DNA of 64,000 nucleotides. It comes from Alphaproteobacteria bacterium (GTDB taxonomy: Bacteria; Pseudomonadota; Alphaproteobacteria; Bin95). Both the position numbers and the translations under genes were made by a program. Positions 1 to 10,859 of this stretch are shown here, piece by piece; the first letter of the stretch is position 1, and each line of letters starts with the position of its first letter. Where the stretch lies: assembly GCA_041687435.1 (NCBI GenBank), contig JAWLBX010000004.1:157090-221089 (forward strand), written 5' to 3'. The notes under the pieces were generated by a model. That model was not told the origin of the DNA, made no database searches, and worked only from the letters and a program-made list of their open reading frames with translations.

Positions 1-252
1 GTCGCTGGTCAAGCCGTTCACCCGCTTCAGATTGGCGACGGTCACATTCTTGTCGCGTGCGATGCTCAGCAGGGTGTCGCCGCGGCAGACTATCACGCGG
101 CCATGCCCGGCCTGATCGCGGTCGCAAGCCTGCGCAACCGTTGCCGGCCGGCTCGATGCCTCTTTCGAGGCAACCCGAACGCCGCCGCAACCGACCAGAG
201 CCATGGACAGCATCATCGTCAAGGCCACGCCGCCAAACTTAAGCGTCAGCAT
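1..252 (-). CDS. LysM-domain lipoprotein, NlpD-like murein hydrolase activator; N-terminal part only, C-terminus runs off the window
   Basis: Minus-strand translation from ATG at 250-252 gives MLTLKFGGVALTMMLSMALVGCGG (lipoprotein signal with lipobox cysteine) followed by a LysM motif ...VCRGDTLLSIARDKNVTVANLKRVNGLTSD. Position downstream of surE matches the common surE-(pcm)-nlpD arrangement. Confidence 0.6.
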   Translation of the reverse strand, partial: MLTLKFGGVALTMMLSMALVGCGGVRVASKEASSRPATVAQACDRDQAGHGRVIVCRGDTLLSIARDKNVTVANLKRVNGLTSD

Positions 253-344
253 CAAATCGGTCGCCTTTCAGGGCAACATTTTGCCAGAAATTCCATTCTA
301 CCCACATACAATGATTCGCCGGCCGACAACAGCAGCGGCCAACC

Positions 345-1118
345 TCATGTGGGCCAGAGGCTGGCGAGTTCGCCCATGGTTTCGCGGCAGGTCAGATCTG
401 CCGTCAGCGGCGTCACCGTAATCCAGCCTTCCTCGATCAAGTCCTCATCCGTGCCGGGCGAGTGGTAGGCCTGCTCCCGTTCGGTTGAGACCCAGACATA
501 GGGGTTGCCGCGCGGATCAATGCCTTCCTGCAACCGCCCGCCGGGCTTGCGCCCGCCCTGGGGCACCAATTGAACGCCGCGCACATCGTGCGGCTCCACA
601 TCCGGAAAATTGACATTGACGGTCACGTTGTGCCGCCAGTTTGCCGTCAGCACGTGTCGCAGTAGCGGCACCAGATGCGCCTCTGCGGTCGCCCAGCGGG
701 CCGGGCCGAGCGGGGTCTTGTTCAGAGAAAAAGCTATGGAACGCACGCCGCAAAGCGCTGCCTCCATCGCGGCCCCGACCGTGCCGGAATATAGCACGTC
801 GCCGCCGATATTGCCGCCACGGTTGATGCCGGAGAGCACCAGATCCGGCGGCTCTGGCATGATGTGGCGCAGGGCGAGCAGCACGGCATCGGTCGGAGTG
901 CCGGCAACTGCCTTGCGCTGATCGCCCAGGTCATGCACCCGAAGCGGCGAGTGGATGGTCAGGGCATGGCTGGTGGCGCTTTGCTCATAACGCGGCGCCA
1001 CGATCCAAACGTCTTTCACCAGCGGCGTGATCAGCTTTTCAAGAAGTGTGATGCCCGGCGCTTCAATCCCATCGTCATTGGTCAGCAGGACGCGCGCCTG
1101 CGAGAGATCAAACGCCAC
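345..1118 (-). CDS. surE: 5'/3'-nucleotidase SurE
   Basis: N-terminal [10 protein letters not shown] motif, 257 aa, typical SurE length; sits in a serS-surE context. Confidence 0.9.
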   Translation of the reverse strand: MAFDLSQARVLLTNDDGIEAPGITLLEKLITPLVKDVWIVAPRYEQSATSHALTIHSPLRVHDLGDQRKAVAGTPTDAVLLALRHIMPEPPDLVLSGINRGGNIGGDVLYSGTVGAAMEAALCGVRSIAFSLNKTPLGPARWATAEAHLVPLLRHVLTANWRHNVTVNVNFPDVEPHDVRGVQLVPQGGRKPGGRLQEGIDPRGNPYVWVSTEREQAYHSPGTDEDLIEEGWITVTPLTADLTCRETMGELASLWPT

Positions 1119-2382
1119 CGATCCGCTCCTTCCCGCCCATATAGGGCCGCAGCACCTCCGGCACGATCACGGAGCCATCGGCCTGCTGGCAGTTTTCCAG
1201 CACGGCCACCAGCGTGCGCCCGACCGCCAGGCCGGAGCCGTTGAGGGTGTGGCAGAACACGTTGCCCTTGCCTTCCGCCGGCTTGAAACGTGCATTCATG
1301 CGCCGGGCCTGGAAGTCGCCGCAGTTGGAACAGGAACTGATCTCGCGATAGGCGTTCTGGCCGGGCAGCCATACCTCGATGTCATAGGTTTTGCGCGCGC
1401 CGAAGCCGGTGTCGCCGGCGCACAACACGATGACGCGATAGGCAAGGCCGAGGCGTTTCAGCACCTCCTCCGCACAGGCGGTCATGCGCTCGTGCTCGGC
1501 TTTGGACTGGTCCGGCGTGGTGATTGAGACCAATTCCACCTTCTCGAACTGATGCTGGCGGATCATGCCGCGGGTGTCGCGCCCGGCAGAGCCGGCCTCG
1601 GAGCGGAAGCACAAGGTGTGCGCGGTCCGGCGGATCGGCAGGTCGGCCTCGGCCAGAATCTCGCCAGCCACCAGATTGGTCATGGTAATTTCGGACGTGG
1701 CCGTGAGCCAATAGCCGTCCGTCGTTTGGAAACTGTCCTCCGCGAACTTGGGCAACTGGCCGGTGCCATAGAGCGCCGCATCGCGCACCAGAACCGGCGG
1801 GTTGGTCTCGCTATAGCCGTGTTCCTCGGTCTGCAGGTCCAGCATGAATTGGGCCAGCGCCCGGTGCAGGCGCGCGACTTGCCCCTGCATCACGACGAAA
1901 CGGGCGCCGGAGAGTTTGGCGGCGCGCTCGAAATCCAGCCCGCCCAGGCCCTCGCCGATGGCGGCGTGATCCTTCGGCTCGAAATCGAACACAGGCGGTT
2001 CGCCAACACGGCGTAACTCCACGTTGGCGTTCTCATCTGGGCCATCCGGCACGTCGTCCGCCAGCACGTTTGGCAGGATGGAGAGCAGCGCCTCGATTTC
2101 TTCCGCCGCCGCTTTCTCGTCGGCCTCGGCGGTGCTGGCCTTGTCCTTCAGGCCTTCCACCTCCGCCATCAGGCCCGAGGCATCCTCGCCCTTGCCCTTT
2201 GCTTGGCCGATCAGCTTGGAGAGTTCCTTGCGGCGCGACTGCACGTCCTGAAAGGCGGTTTGCGCGGCGCGGCGGCGTTCATCCAGCGCCAAGATGCGCT
2301 GGGACGCAGGCTCGGCGCCGCGCCGTGCCAGCGCCCGGTCCAGGGCTTCGGGCTCGGCGCGGATCCAGCGCAGGTCTAGCAT
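1108..2382 (-). CDS. serS: Seryl-tRNA synthetase
   Basis: 424 aa with N-terminal coiled-coil arm ([12 protein letters not shown]...) and class II aaRS core motifs. Confidence 0.95.
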   Translation of the reverse strand: MLDLRWIRAEPEALDRALARRGAEPASQRILALDERRRAAQTAFQDVQSRRKELSKLIGQAKGKGEDASGLMAEVEGLKDKASTAEADEKAAAEEIEALLSILPNVLADDVPDGPDENANVELRRVGEPPVFDFEPKDHAAIGEGLGGLDFERAAKLSGARFVVMQGQVARLHRALAQFMLDLQTEEHGYSETNPPVLVRDAALYGTGQLPKFAEDSFQTTDGYWLTATSEITMTNLVAGEILAEADLPIRRTAHTLCFRSEAGSAGRDTRGMIRQHQFEKVELVSITTPDQSKAEHERMTACAEEVLKRLGLAYRVIVLCAGDTGFGARKTYDIEVWLPGQNAYREISSCSNCGDFQARRMNARFKPAEGKGNVFCHTLNGSGLAVGRTLVAVLENCQQADGSVIVPEVLRPYMGGKERIGGV

Positions 2383-2385
2383 TGG

Positions 2386-3207
2386 TTATTCGTCCTCGTC
2401 GTCGTCTAATGCGGCCTCGCGCTCGGCGCGTTTGCGCTCGACCAGGCGGGCCATGAAGATCGAGATTTCATAAAGGATCAGCCCCGGCACGGCGAGGCCG
2501 ATCTGGCTGATGATATCCGGTGGGGTCAGCACGGCCGCGCACACGAACACGATCACCACGGCGTATTTGCGCTTGCGCGCCAGCGTATCCGCGGTGACCA
2601 AGCCGACGCGGGCAAGCAAGGTCAGCGCCACCGGCATCTGGAAAAACAGGCCGAAAGCGAAAATCAGCTTCATTACCAGACTGAGATATTCGCCGACCTT
2701 GGCTTCCAACTGGATCGGCAACCCGCCCGCAACGTTGGCGGTTTCGAATGACAGAAAAAAGTTCCAGGCCAGCGGAAAGATGAAGAAATAGACCGTGGAC
2801 CCACCCAGGAAAAACAGAACAGGCGTTGCAACCAGGTAGGGGAGAAACGCACCTTTCTCATTGGAATAAAGACCTGGTGCAATGAAACGGTAAAGCTGAC
2901 TGGCAATGATTGGAAAAGATATAAAGAGCGCAGCAAAGAACGAAACCTTGATGTATGTGAAAAAGGTCTCGGTCAGGCTGGTATAAATCATGCGGCGCCC
3001 GGTTTCGCCGTGGAATTGGTCGGCCAGCGGTTGCACCAGGAAGCCAAAAATTTCCTCGGCAAAATAATAGCAGACGAAGAAGCATAGAAATAGCGCCAGC
3101 AGCGAATACATCAGCCGCTGCCGCAGTTCGACCAGGTGTTCGATCAGCGGCGCCCGGGTATCCTCATGCTGCGCCTCCTCTTCCTCTCGGCTCGGGCGTT
3201 TGGTCAT
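2386..3207 (-). CDS. tatC: Twin-arginine translocase subunit TatC
   Basis: 273 aa polytopic membrane protein with TatC-like N-terminus (LIEHLVELRQRL...), directly downstream of tatB and tatA. Confidence 0.95.
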   Translation of the reverse strand: MTKRPSREEEEAQHEDTRAPLIEHLVELRQRLMYSLLALFLCFFVCYYFAEEIFGFLVQPLADQFHGETGRRMIYTSLTETFFTYIKVSFFAALFISFPIIASQLYRFIAPGLYSNEKGAFLPYLVATPVLFFLGGSTVYFFIFPLAWNFFLSFETANVAGGLPIQLEAKVGEYLSLVMKLIFAFGLFFQMPVALTLLARVGLVTADTLARKRKYAVVIVFVCAAVLTPPDIISQIGLAVPGLILYEISIFMARLVERKRAEREAALDDDEDE

Positions 3208-3584
3208 GAGGCGTTTGTCGAGCTGCTGGGGTTCGACTCTGCTGGCGTATCGCCTTCTGCCGCTGCCGGCGGCTCGGCCGGTGCCAGGGTTTTAGGGTCC
3301 GGTGGCTGGGTGGAAGCAGGCTTGACGGAATCATCCACATCGTTGTTCAGATATCGGTCGATCGCGCGCGGATTGGTGGCGTCAGTGACGGTTTTCTGCA
3401 GTTCGCGCAGGTCTTCCTGGCGGGCAATATCGTCGATTCCATCCTGGAACTGCCGCACCATGCGCCGCAACTGGCCGACATACTTGCCGAACGTATGCAG
3501 CGCACCGGGCAGATCCTTCGGCCCGATCACGATCAGGGCGACAATGCCAACGACAAATAATTCGGTCCAGCCGATATCCAGCAT
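3204..3584 (-). CDS. tatB: Twin-arginine translocase subunit TatB
   Basis: MLDIGWTELFVVGIVALIVIGPKDLP N-terminal TM plus amphipathic helix; 4-nt ATGA overlap with tatC. Confidence 0.85.
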   Translation of the reverse strand: MLDIGWTELFVVGIVALIVIGPKDLPGALHTFGKYVGQLRRMVRQFQDGIDDIARQEDLRELQKTVTDATNPRAIDRYLNNDVDDSVKPASTQPPDPKTLAPAEPPAAAEGDTPAESNPSSSTNAS

Positions 3585-3628
3585 CGCTTTAACAGCCCTT
3601 CACGGCCGACGCGTGCGGCGCGGAGCGG

Positions 3629-3862
3629 TTAGCTCTGCGCCGAGTCTTTCTGCTGGGTAGTGCTTTGCTGGGTGGTGCCCTGCTCCACTTTCTCGGCCGG
3701 CTTGGATACCTGGGCCGTATCCTCTTCCTCGTCCTTCATGCCGGCCTTAAAGCTTTTGATGCCCTTCGCCATATCGCCCATCAGACGCGGAATCCGGCCT
3801 GCGCCGAACAGCACGACGATGATCAGGACAACAATCAGGATTTGCCAAATGCTGATCCCCAT
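3629..3862 (-). CDS. tatA: Twin-arginine translocase subunit TatA
   Basis: 77 aa, [25 protein letters not shown] motif typical of TatA/E. Confidence 0.9.
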   Translation of the reverse strand: MGISIWQILIVVLIIVVLFGAGRIPRLMGDMAKGIKSFKAGMKDEEEDTAQVSKPAEKVEQGTTQQSTTQQKDSAQS

Positions 3863-3955
3863 GGGATCGCTCCTTCACATGTGAGAACGGCGTTCCATCT
3901 AGGCGGACTTATCGCAGAAAGCCGACGCCGGGGCAACGCACCGGCGCATGGCTCT

Positions 3956-5083
3956 TTAGACGCGGGGAGATTCCGCCCTGGGAAAGACCAGTGCCGCCCC
4001 AGCCGGTATGGAGACGTTGACTTGGTCGCCCTCGTCCAAGGGGCCATCCTGCCCGGCGCGGGCGGTCAGGGGCAGCTTGAAGCCATCCACATCCAACTGA
4101 TAAAGCGTCGAGCGGCCGAGCGGCCGTTTCAGCGCGACAGTGCCGCCATTGCAACGCCCGCAGCCGGCCGGCCCCAGGGCGACGTGCAACTGATCCGGGC
4201 GCACCAGCACCTCCACCGATGTACCGGACGGCAGGTCCGGCGTTTCGACCAGGCCGGCGGGCGTCCAGCAGGTGCCGTCCTGCACGGTGGCGGTGAACCG
4301 GTTCACTTCACCGAAGAAGCTGGCGACAAAGGGGGTGCGCGGGTGTTGGTACAGTTCAGCCGGGGTGCCGACCTGTTCGATCACGCCGTCATTCAGCAGC
4401 GCGATGCGGTCGGCCATGAACATGGCTTCCTCTGCATCATGCGTCACCATGATGGCGGTTGTGCCGGTATTCTTCAGCACGCGCACGGTTTCGGCCCGCA
4501 GGCTCTGCCGCAGGCTGGCGTCCAGACCGGAAAAAGGCTCGTCCAGCAGGATGACACTGGGTTCAGGGGCCAGCGCACGGGCCAACGCCACGCGCTGCTT
4601 CTGGCCGCCGGACAATTGATCCGGATAGGCATCCGCCTTATCCGCAAGGCCGACTTCCTCCAGCATTGCCATCGCTCGCGCCCGTTTGACGCCATTGCGC
4701 AGGCGTTTAAGGCCGAAGCCGATGTTTTCCACGACCGTCAGGTGCGGGAACAGCGCGAAATCCTGGAACATAAAACCGATCCGGCGTTGTTCGGCCGGCA
4801 AACACCGCTTGCCACCGCTTACCACCTGGCCGCGCAAACTGATCGAGCCGCTGTCCGGGATTTCCAGACCGGCGATCAGGCGCAGGGTTGTGGTCTTGCC
4901 GCAGCCGGACGGGCCAAGCAACGCCAGGATCTCGCCTTCGCCGACGGATAGGCTGATTCCATGCACACCGGCCCGACTTTCAACCTTGGCGCTGGGATAG
5001 TCCAGGTGAACATCGCGCAGATCGACGGCAATGCCGCGGGCAACGCTGCCGTGCCATTCGGTTTCTTCGCCATGATAGACCAT
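3956..5083 (-). CDS. ABC transporter ATP-binding protein, PotA/FbpC/MalK-like with C-terminal TOBE-like domain; orphan
   Basis: Walker A GPSGCGKTT, ABC signature LSGGQKQRVALARAL, Walker B ILLDEP, ~130-aa C-terminal extension. No permease or substrate-binding gene adjacent. Confidence 0.85.
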   Translation of the reverse strand: MVYHGEETEWHGSVARGIAVDLRDVHLDYPSAKVESRAGVHGISLSVGEGEILALLGPSGCGKTTTLRLIAGLEIPDSGSISLRGQVVSGGKRCLPAEQRRIGFMFQDFALFPHLTVVENIGFGLKRLRNGVKRARAMAMLEEVGLADKADAYPDQLSGGQKQRVALARALAPEPSVILLDEPFSGLDASLRQSLRAETVRVLKNTGTTAIMVTHDAEEAMFMADRIALLNDGVIEQVGTPAELYQHPRTPFVASFFGEVNRFTATVQDGTCWTPAGLVETPDLPSGTSVEVLVRPDQLHVALGPAGCGRCNGGTVALKRPLGRSTLYQLDVDGFKLPLTARAGQDGPLDEGDQVNVSIPAGAALVFPRAESPRV

Positions 5084-5185
5084 GCTGAACCGCTACTCCC
5101 TCGCGGCTTGCGGACCGATGCGTACATCCTTCGTTTAACTAAGTAATGCAAATCATTCGCAGCCGCAACCTTTAACCTCGGGATT

Positions 5186-5788
5186 TTAGGCGGATCCGTC
5201 CTTGGCGGCAATCTGACCCTCGCTATCGGCCGGGGCGGCGGGGTCCAGGTTCAACAGGGATGCCGTATCAAGCATGCCGGCGGCGCGGAGGTCATCCATG
5301 CCCGGCAGATCGTTCAGGCTGGCCAGCCCGAACGCTTTCAGAAACGCCGGCGTTGTCAGCCAGGTGAGAGGGCGGCCAGGCACGTCCTTGCGCGGGCCGG
5401 GCTTGATCCAGCCGGTGTCCAGCAGCCCGTCGATGGTGGAACTGCCCACGGAAACGCCGCGGATGGCCTCGATTTCCGGTCGGGTCACCGGCTGCTGATA
5501 GGCGATGATAGCCAACGTTTCCTCCATTGCCCTGGTGAGCCGCCGTTCCTCGCGTTTGGTGAGAGCCAGGGCCGGGCCAAGGTCTGGCGCGGTGCGAAAA
5601 TGCCATTTTCCGCCCAACTGGACCGGCTCGACGCCCCGTCCGGCATAGTCCAGACGCAGGCGCTCAATCACGGACGAGGCTTTGATACCCGGCGGCAGGC
5701 GCTTGGCAATATCGGCCTCGCTCATCGGCTCGGATGCGGCGAAGAGCAGCGCTTCGACCAGCCGGGCGGCTTCCAGAAGATCATCCAT
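5186..5788 (-). CDS. scpB: Segregation and condensation protein B
   Basis: Sequence from MDDLLEAARLVEALLFAASEPMSEADIAKRL is ScpB-like. Start refined to ATG at 5788, since the longer 5186..6040 ORF overlaps scpA by 260 nt. 8-nt overlap with scpA. Confidence 0.85.
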   Translation of the reverse strand: MDDLLEAARLVEALLFAASEPMSEADIAKRLPPGIKASSVIERLRLDYAGRGVEPVQLGGKWHFRTAPDLGPALALTKREERRLTRAMEETLAIIAYQQPVTRPEIEAIRGVSVGSSTIDGLLDTGWIKPGPRKDVPGRPLTWLTTPAFLKAFGLASLNDLPGMDDLRAAGMLDTASLLNLDPAAPADSEGQIAAKDGSA

Positions 5789-6575
5789 CGCTCGGTTCCT
5801 CCGGTGCAACGGGGCCGGCCGTACCAGCGTCGCAGCGCTGGGAAAGATACAACGGGCCGTAGGTCTCGTCCTGCCGCAACCGGACATGCCCGGCCTTTGC
5901 CATCTCAAGGCTGGCAACGAACGACGCGGCGAGGGCAGAGCGGCTTTGGATGCCCGGTTGCAGCCCCTTCGGCAGGAAGCTGCGCAAGTCTCCCCACGCG
6001 GGCAGGGTGCCGACCAGCCGTTCCAGCCGCGCCATCGCATCCTCGACCGAGGTGAGGAGGCCGGGATCGACGGTTAACACCGGCGCCGGTGTGCGGCGGG
6101 CCATCAGCGCGCCATAGGCGCGCAGCAGGCTGGTGAAGTCCGCCGTCCAATCCGCCTGTTTGTGCACGGGCAGTCCCTCCGGCACACCGCGCGGCAGCCA
6201 GTCCCGACCCAGGCGTGGCAGGGCGAACAGGCGTTTGGCGGCCTGCTGCATCGCCTCTAGCCGGCGCATCTGCTCGGCCAGTGCCTCCGCCATTTCGGTG
6301 GCGCTGCGCCCGTCCGGCGCAGGCACGTCCCGCGGCAGCAGCAGGCGCGATTTCAGATAGGCGAGCCAGGCGGCCATGACCAGGTATTCGGCTGCAACTT
6401 CCAACCGGGCGGTCTTCGCCCCGGCGATGAATGCCAGATACTGGTCCGCCAGCGCAGAGATGGAGAGGGCGGTCAGGTCGATCTTGCGGTCGCGGGCGAG
6501 GGTCAGCAGCAGGTCGATCGGGCCCTCATAGCCCGCCAGATCGACCGTCCATTCCTCGCCCTGTTCCGGTTCCAA
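5781..6575 (-). CDS. scpA: Segregation and condensation protein A
   Basis: MEPEQGEEWTVDLAGYEGPIDLLLTLARDRKIDL... is a typical ScpA kleisin N-terminus; sits upstream of scpB. Confidence 0.85.
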   Translation of the reverse strand: MEPEQGEEWTVDLAGYEGPIDLLLTLARDRKIDLTALSISALADQYLAFIAGAKTARLEVAAEYLVMAAWLAYLKSRLLLPRDVPAPDGRSATEMAEALAEQMRRLEAMQQAAKRLFALPRLGRDWLPRGVPEGLPVHKQADWTADFTSLLRAYGALMARRTPAPVLTVDPGLLTSVEDAMARLERLVGTLPAWGDLRSFLPKGLQPGIQSRSALAASFVASLEMAKAGHVRLRQDETYGPLYLSQRCDAGTAGPVAPEEPSDG

Positions 6576-6594
6576 GTGGCCCGGCCCTCCGCGG

Positions 6595-7278
6595 CTAGGT
6601 GAAAATGCTGAGGATCAGCCAGAGCAACGTCCCCACCACATATTCGATTGCGTACCAGACGAAATTGAGATTCAGGCCCAGTTCACCCCCCAGCATCGGC
6701 AGGATGAAGATCAGGCCCAGAACGATGAAAAAGCCATAAGGCTCCACTTGGTCCAACCGCCGGGCGAACGGCCGCGGCAGCAGGCCAACGGCGATGCGCC
6801 CGCCGTCCAGCGGCGGGATCGGTATCATGTTGAAGGTTGCGAGTATCAGGTTGATGATGATTGACTTTTCAATCACCAGCGCTGTCCACTGCTGCGCGAC
6901 ATCCGGCAGGAAGCCGATGAAATTAAACAAGGCGGCCGACAGGCAGGCCAACAGGATGTTGATTCCGGGGCCAGCGGCTGCCACCCAAATCATATCCCAG
7001 CGCGGGTTGCGCAGGCGATAGAACGCCACCGGCACCGGCTTGGCATAGCCGAACAGAAACGGCGAGCCGAACACCAGCAGCATGCCGGGAATGATCAGCG
7101 TGCCGACAGGGTCGACATGGCGGATTGGGTTAAAGGTGACCCGGCCCAGTCGGTAGGCGGTATCATCACCCAGTTTCCACGCCATCCAGCCGTGCGCGGC
7201 TTCGTGGAAGGTGATGGCGATCAGCACCGGCAGCGCCCAGACCGAAAACATCAATATCGTGTGGGAAAGTTGATCCAT
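6595..7278 (-). CDS. Site-2 protease family (peptidase M50) membrane metalloprotease
   Basis: HEAAHG zinc motif and multiple TM segments. Start refined to MDQLSHTIL (ATG at 7276-7278), 10 nt downstream of the nagZ stop. Confidence 0.8.
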   Translation of the reverse strand: MDQLSHTILMFSVWALPVLIAITFHEAAHGWMAWKLGDDTAYRLGRVTFNPIRHVDPVGTLIIPGMLLVFGSPFLFGYAKPVPVAFYRLRNPRWDMIWVAAAGPGINILLACLSAALFNFIGFLPDVAQQWTALVIEKSIIINLILATFNMIPIPPLDGGRIAVGLLPRPFARRLDQVEPYGFFIVLGLIFILPMLGGELGLNLNFVWYAIEYVVGTLLWLILSIFT

Positions 7279-7288
7279 GATTCTGCCT

Positions 7289-8332
7289 TCAGGCCACCGC
7301 GGCGAGCAATTCCGCCAGCCGGGCCATGCCGGCGCCGGGGTCAAATTCTTTGGCGGCAGGACGGACCGCCCGTTGCCAGCGCGCAGCCGCCGTGTCGCTC
7401 AACGGGCCGATCGCTTGCGCCACTGCCCGCATCTCGGTCATGTCACCATTGCAGTGCAGCACCGCATCGCAACCGGCCGCGATGGCCAGCGCGGCCCGCT
7501 CGTCCAGCGGCCCGCCAAGCGCCTGCATGGACAAATCGTCGGACAGCAGAAAGCCGTCGAAACCGATCCAGCCGCGCACGATCTCGCCAATGACCGTTGC
7601 CGACCAGGTTGCAGGAATGCCCGGGTCGATGGCGGTATAGTCGATATGCGCTGTCATCCCCAGAGGCAGGTCGTTGAGGGCCCGGAAGGGTGCGAAATCC
7701 ACTGCCTGCAAATCTGTCAAAGAGGCATCGACCGTTGGCAGGGCATGGTGGCTGTCCACCTGTGCCCGCCCGTGTCCCGGCACATGCTTCGCCACCGGCA
7801 GCACGCCGCCTGCCAACAGCCCGTTGGCCATATGGCGGCCAAGGATGGAGACAATTTCCGATGTTGGCCCGAACGCGCGGTCGCCGATCACCTGTGTTGC
7901 GACATCGGGGGCCAGAACGTCCAGCACTGGAGCGCAAGCTATATCGATCCCGAGCCCTGCGCAATCATGCGCGATCAGGCGGCCAGTAAGCCAGGCCGCT
8001 TCGGCTGCGGTGTCACCGCCCAGCCCTGCGATCATGGCTGCGGCGGGCAGGGCATGCCAATGCGGCGGCCTCAGGCGGGCGACACGGCCGCCCTCCTGGT
8101 CTATCAACACCGGCGCATCCGCGCGCCCAACCGCCTCGCGCAGGGAGGCGACAAGGGCCCGCACTTGGGCGGGGGTGTCGATATTGCGGGCGAACAGGAT
8201 AAAGCCCAGCGGCTGGACTTCGGCAAAAAACGCCCGCTCCTCCGCGGTTAGATTGAGGCCGCTCAGGCCGAACAGGCCGGCATTAGGGCGAGATGACAAT
8301 GCAGGGCACCTTTCGTCCCTTGAGCTGTGCAC
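7289..8332 (-). CDS. nagZ: Beta-N-acetylhexosaminidase NagZ (GH3)
   Basis: GH3 NagZ-like sequence (VLIDQEGGRVARL, KHVPGHGRAQVDSHH) in the conserved argS-SPOR-nagZ-scpAB context. Exact start uncertain; it may be a non-ATG codon downstream of the ORF start. Confidence 0.85.
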   Translation of the reverse strand: MHSSRDERCPALSSRPNAGLFGLSGLNLTAEERAFFAEVQPLGFILFARNIDTPAQVRALVASLREAVGRADAPVLIDQEGGRVARLRPPHWHALPAAAMIAGLGGDTAAEAAWLTGRLIAHDCAGLGIDIACAPVLDVLAPDVATQVIGDRAFGPTSEIVSILGRHMANGLLAGGVLPVAKHVPGHGRAQVDSHHALPTVDASLTDLQAVDFAPFRALNDLPLGMTAHIDYTAIDPGIPATWSATVIGEIVRGWIGFDGFLLSDDLSMQALGGPLDERAALAIAAGCDAVLHCNGDMTEMRAVAQAIGPLSDTAAARWQRAVRPAAKEFDPGAGMARLAELLAAVA

Positions 8333-9107
8333 AGAGCAATTCGGCCAAGGCCTCGTCGATCAAAGGGCCGCCCTGCACGCGGTAATAAACGCCGCTGTTG
8401 TTGGTCTCGAACCGTTCATAACTGGGCGTCAGGCGGCTGAGAAGATCCGGATGGCGGTCTGCGACCCGCTTCCATTCCGCCGCTGCCTGCTCCTCCGTCC
8501 GGACAGAGGCGATCTGGATGCGGTACTGCTCGGAGGGCTCATCCGGGCTTGCTGCAGCCGGGGGCTGTGGCGGGATCGGTTGCGACGGTACGGAGGGCGT
8601 GGCAGCGGTGGAGTCCTGATCCCGCTCGGGCGATGTGGGGCGCATTTCGGGGGGAAGCCCTGTCTGCTTCGCCGCGTCTTCCACAGCCTCGTTAGATTCG
8701 GGTGTGGGGACAGATTCGGGTGCGGGGACGGGTGTTTGTTCCGCATCCTGGGCCTCGGCCTGCGCGGTAACGCCGGCCTGATCCAGCGGCCGTTCGGGCA
8801 TGGCCAGCAGATCCTGTCCCCGCCCAGTTTCCGTACCCGGAGCGACACTTTCGTAAATGGGCTGGTCCTGATTGGGCACCAATCCAGTCTGATCCTCTGG
8901 CGCACGGCGTTCCGGCAGGCTGGGCGCGGTAATCACCGGTGCAGGGCCTGGCGGCGGTCCAGTCAGAACCCAGACAGCCAGCGTTGCGGCCAACAGCGCT
9001 GCGAATCCCAACACAAACCAGCGGAACCACCGGCCGAATGGCCCTGTGGCCCCCTCCTCGTGCTCCGGATCGTCATTGCGGGGTGACGGATCGCGGCGAA
9101 ACCACAC
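8283..9107 (-). CDS. SPOR domain-containing protein: N-terminal TM anchor, Pro/Ala/Glu-rich linker, C-terminal SPOR domain
   Basis: TM helix FRWFVLGFAALLAATLAVWVL, a low-complexity P/E/A linker, and C-terminal YRIQIASVRTEEQAAAEWKRV...VYYRVQGGPL typical of SPOR peptidoglycan-binding domains. Confidence 0.75.
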   Translation of the reverse strand: MWFRRDPSPRNDDPEHEEGATGPFGRWFRWFVLGFAALLAATLAVWVLTGPPPGPAPVITAPSLPERRAPEDQTGLVPNQDQPIYESVAPGTETGRGQDLLAMPERPLDQAGVTAQAEAQDAEQTPVPAPESVPTPESNEAVEDAAKQTGLPPEMRPTSPERDQDSTAATPSVPSQPIPPQPPAAASPDEPSEQYRIQIASVRTEEQAAAEWKRVADRHPDLLSRLTPSYERFETNNSGVYYRVQGGPLIDEALAELLCAQLKGRKVPCIVISP

Positions 9108-10859
9108 TCACATGCTCTCCCTGGGCGCTACGCCCATGACGTTGAGGCCTGAGGCAATCACCATTGCCATGGCCTTGACCAGTGCCAGCCGCGCCATGGT
9201 CTCGACCGGTGCATCCGTCTGGATGAACCGAAGCGTGGTATCGTCCCGCCCTTTGTTCCAAAGCGCGTGAAAGGCTGCGGCTACCTCGCCAAGATAGAAT
9301 GCGATTCGGTGCGGTTCATGTGCAATCGCTGCCTGTTCGATAATTCGTGGCCAGTTTGCCAGCGTGCGGATCAGGCCAAGCTCATCCTCATCGCTCAGAG
9401 CCGAGAGGTCGGCGCCGGCCAGCGCCTCGGCCGTCACCGCCGCATCGCCGAACGCGTCGGCCGCATGGCGCAGCACCGAATGGGCGCGGGCATGGGCATA
9501 CTGCACATAGAACACCGGGTTCTCCCGGCTTTCCTCCAATGCCTTGGCCAGGTCGAAATCCAGCGGCGCGTCGTTCTTGCGGGTCAGCATGATGAAACGG
9601 ACGACATCGCGCCCGACTTCGTCCACCAACTCCCGCAGGGTGACGAAGTCGCCAGAGCGCTTGGACATGCGCACCTGCTCACCTTCGCGCATCAGGCGCA
9701 CCAATTGGCAGAGCTTCACGTCCAATTCCGCCGCGCCGTTGGTCAGCGCCTTGACGCTGGCAGCAACGCGCTTGACATAGCCGCCATGGTCCGCGCCCCA
9801 GACGTCGATCAGTTGGGTAAAGCCGCGGTTGACCTTGTCTTGGTGATAGGCGACGTCGCTGGCGAAATAGGTCCACGAGCCGTCCGACTTTTTCAGGGGC
9901 CGGTCAACGTCGTCGCCGAATTGCGTCGCCTTGAAAAGGGTCTGCGGCCGTTCTTCCCAGTCATCCGGCAGCTTGCCCTTGGGCGGCTCCAGCACGCCGG
10001 TATAGATCAGCCCGGCGGCCTCCAGCGCGGCAAATGCGCGGTCGACTGCGCCGGCCTCGACCAGTTCGCGCTCGGATGAAAATACGTCTTGCTCGACACC
10101 AAGCGCGGTAAGATCGCTGCGGATCAGCTGCATCATGGCGTCGATGGCGGTCTTGCGCACCAGCGGCAGCCATTCGGCCTCGTCCATGTCCTTCAGCGAC
10201 TCGCCATGGCCGGCGACCAGGGCCTTGCCGACCGGGACCAGATAGTCGCCGGGGTAAAGGCCGGCCGGGATCTCACCGATATCCTCGCCCAGTACCTCAC
10301 GGTAGCGCAGATAGGCGGAGCGGGCGAGCACGTCCACCTGCGCGCCGGCGTCGTTGATATAATACTCTTTGGTGACGTCATAACCGGCCTTGGCCAGCAA
10401 CAGCGCCAGCGCATCGCCCACCACTGCGCCGCGGGCGTGACCAACGTGCAGCGGTCCGGTCGGGTTGGCGGAGACGTACTCGACGTTGACTTTGATATTT
10501 TCGCCTAACGCACTGTTTCCGTAGGCCTCGCCGATGGCCAGAATATCTCTGATCCGTTGCTGCCAAAACCCAGGGTTGAGGCGCAGGTTGAGGAAGCCCG
10601 GGCCTGCCACTTCCGCCGCTGCGACATCCGCATTTTCCGCCAGCGCCGCAGCCAGCCGCTCAGCCAGGTCGCGGGGTTTCTGTCTGGCGCCCTTCGCCAG
10701 CACCATGGCGGCGTTGGTGGCAAGATCGCCATGCGCCGGGTCGCGGGGCGGTTCCACCGTTACCTTGTCGATCGGCAGGCCGTCCGGCAGGCTGCCGTCT
10801 GCGACCCAATCTTTCAGTTGTGTCTGAATAAGATGCAGGAAGTGATTGAATACATTCAT
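9108..10859 (-). CDS. argS: Arginyl-tRNA synthetase
   Basis: 583 aa with class I HVGH signature ([20 protein letters not shown]) and ArgRS N-terminal add-domain. Confidence 0.95.
   Translation of the reverse strand: MNVFNHFLHLIQTQLKDWVADGSLPDGLPIDKVTVEPPRDPAHGDLATNAAMVLAKGARQKPRDLAERLAAALAENADVAAAEVAGPGFLNLRLNPGFWQQRIRDILAIGEAYGNSALGENIKVNVEYVSANPTGPLHVGHARGAVVGDALALLLAKAGYDVTKEYYINDAGAQVDVLARSAYLRYREVLGEDIGEIPAGLYPGDYLVPVGKALVAGHGESLKDMDEAEWLPLVRKTAIDAMMQLIRSDLTALGVEQDVFSSERELVEAGAVDRAFAALEAAGLIYTGVLEPPKGKLPDDWEERPQTLFKATQFGDDVDRPLKKSDGSWTYFASDVAYHQDKVNRGFTQLIDVWGADHGGYVKRVAASVKALTNGAAELDVKLCQLVRLMREGEQVRMSKRSGDFVTLRELVDEVGRDVVRFIMLTRKNDAPLDFDLAKALEESRENPVFYVQYAHARAHSVLRHAADAFGDAAVTAEALAGADLSALSDEDELGLIRTLANWPRIIEQAAIAHEPHRIAFYLGEVAAAFHALWNKGRDDTTLRFIQTDAPVETMARLALVKAMAMVIASGLNVMGVAPRESM

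Noticed and set aside
3665-4951. 428-aa plus-strand ORF
   Set aside because: It is antisense to the ABC ATPase (Walker A/B and signature motifs on the minus strand) and low-complexity Arg/Ala/Gly-rich. This is a shadow ORF.
5789-6040. 84-codon N-terminal extension of the scpB ORF
   Set aside because: It overlaps scpA by 260 nt, and the extension (MRWRGWNGWSAPCPRG...) is not ScpB-like. The conserved ScpB N-terminus begins at MDDLLEAARLVEALLF (ATG 5788).
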